A DNA stretch of 63,942 nucleotides, filler included. It is 7 parts of 7 records of this genome, joined end to end, with 100 filler letters (N's around TTAATTAATTAA, not from the genome) between each part and the next. Parts side by side here need not be neighbours in the genome. Positions count along the whole stretch, not along the records: positions 58,818 to 63,942 come from DRR378314_1317; 6 more parts are not named here. The stretch is one strand, 5' to 3'. The notes under the pieces are model-generated. The model was not told the DNA's origin. It made no database searches and saw only the letters and a list, made by a program, of their open reading frames with translations. This document shows positions 63,784-63,942 of this stretch, piece after piece (the first letter of the stretch is position 1; the number at the start of each line of letters is the position of its first letter). The position numbers and the translations under genes were made by a program.

Positions 63784-63942
63784 CTGTCAATAGCATTACG
63801 ATATGCAGTCTACATGCTCATTCAGATAGACAGGGCATGATTGTCAGTAGACGTAAGAAGTAAGGTTGTGCAACGCACGTTTCCAATGTTTTTTTTTTCG
63901 TTTGCCGTGCTTTGCTTGTGCTTGTTCTTGATTTTGAGGTCT

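Overview
The window is not one locus. It is seven contigs joined by six identical artificial 100-nt linkers (N44-TTAATTAATTAA-N44), from at least three organisms. (1) 1-10620: a high-GC gammaproteobacterium (Alcanivorax-like by gene order and style; inference) with tadA, mltF, purL, a thioesterase, two Nudix genes, a gamma-carbonic anhydrase family gene, DUF1289 and patatin, bounded and interrupted by a composite REP-like repeat. (2) 26214-36008: an alphaproteobacterium (Rhodobacteraceae-like; inference) with peptide ABC ATPases, a GAF protein, a lysine/saccharopine dehydrogenase plus Lrp, a FecBCD-type ABC + MFS operon preceded by a Zur-like box, an HSL esterase and a DmpA/P1 peptidase. (3) Five contigs of an intron-rich eukaryote using the standard code. 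By hand I reconstructed spliced genes for RPL12, an ERK-type MAPK, HMG-CoA synthase, DDX46/Prp5, a secretory-pathway glutaredoxin, meiotic MSH4, an SH3-RhoGEF and NUDT22. I found no CRISPR array, RNA gene or transposase, and no clearly novel multi-gene system is demonstrated. The best leads are the putatively Zur-regulated metal-chelate ABC/MFS operon, the REP unit with a structure-conserved variable hairpin, the GT(A/G)CGY splice-donor bias, MSH4, the KGEL-ended glutaredoxin and a 7-codon bridging ORF created by a 20-nt duplication.
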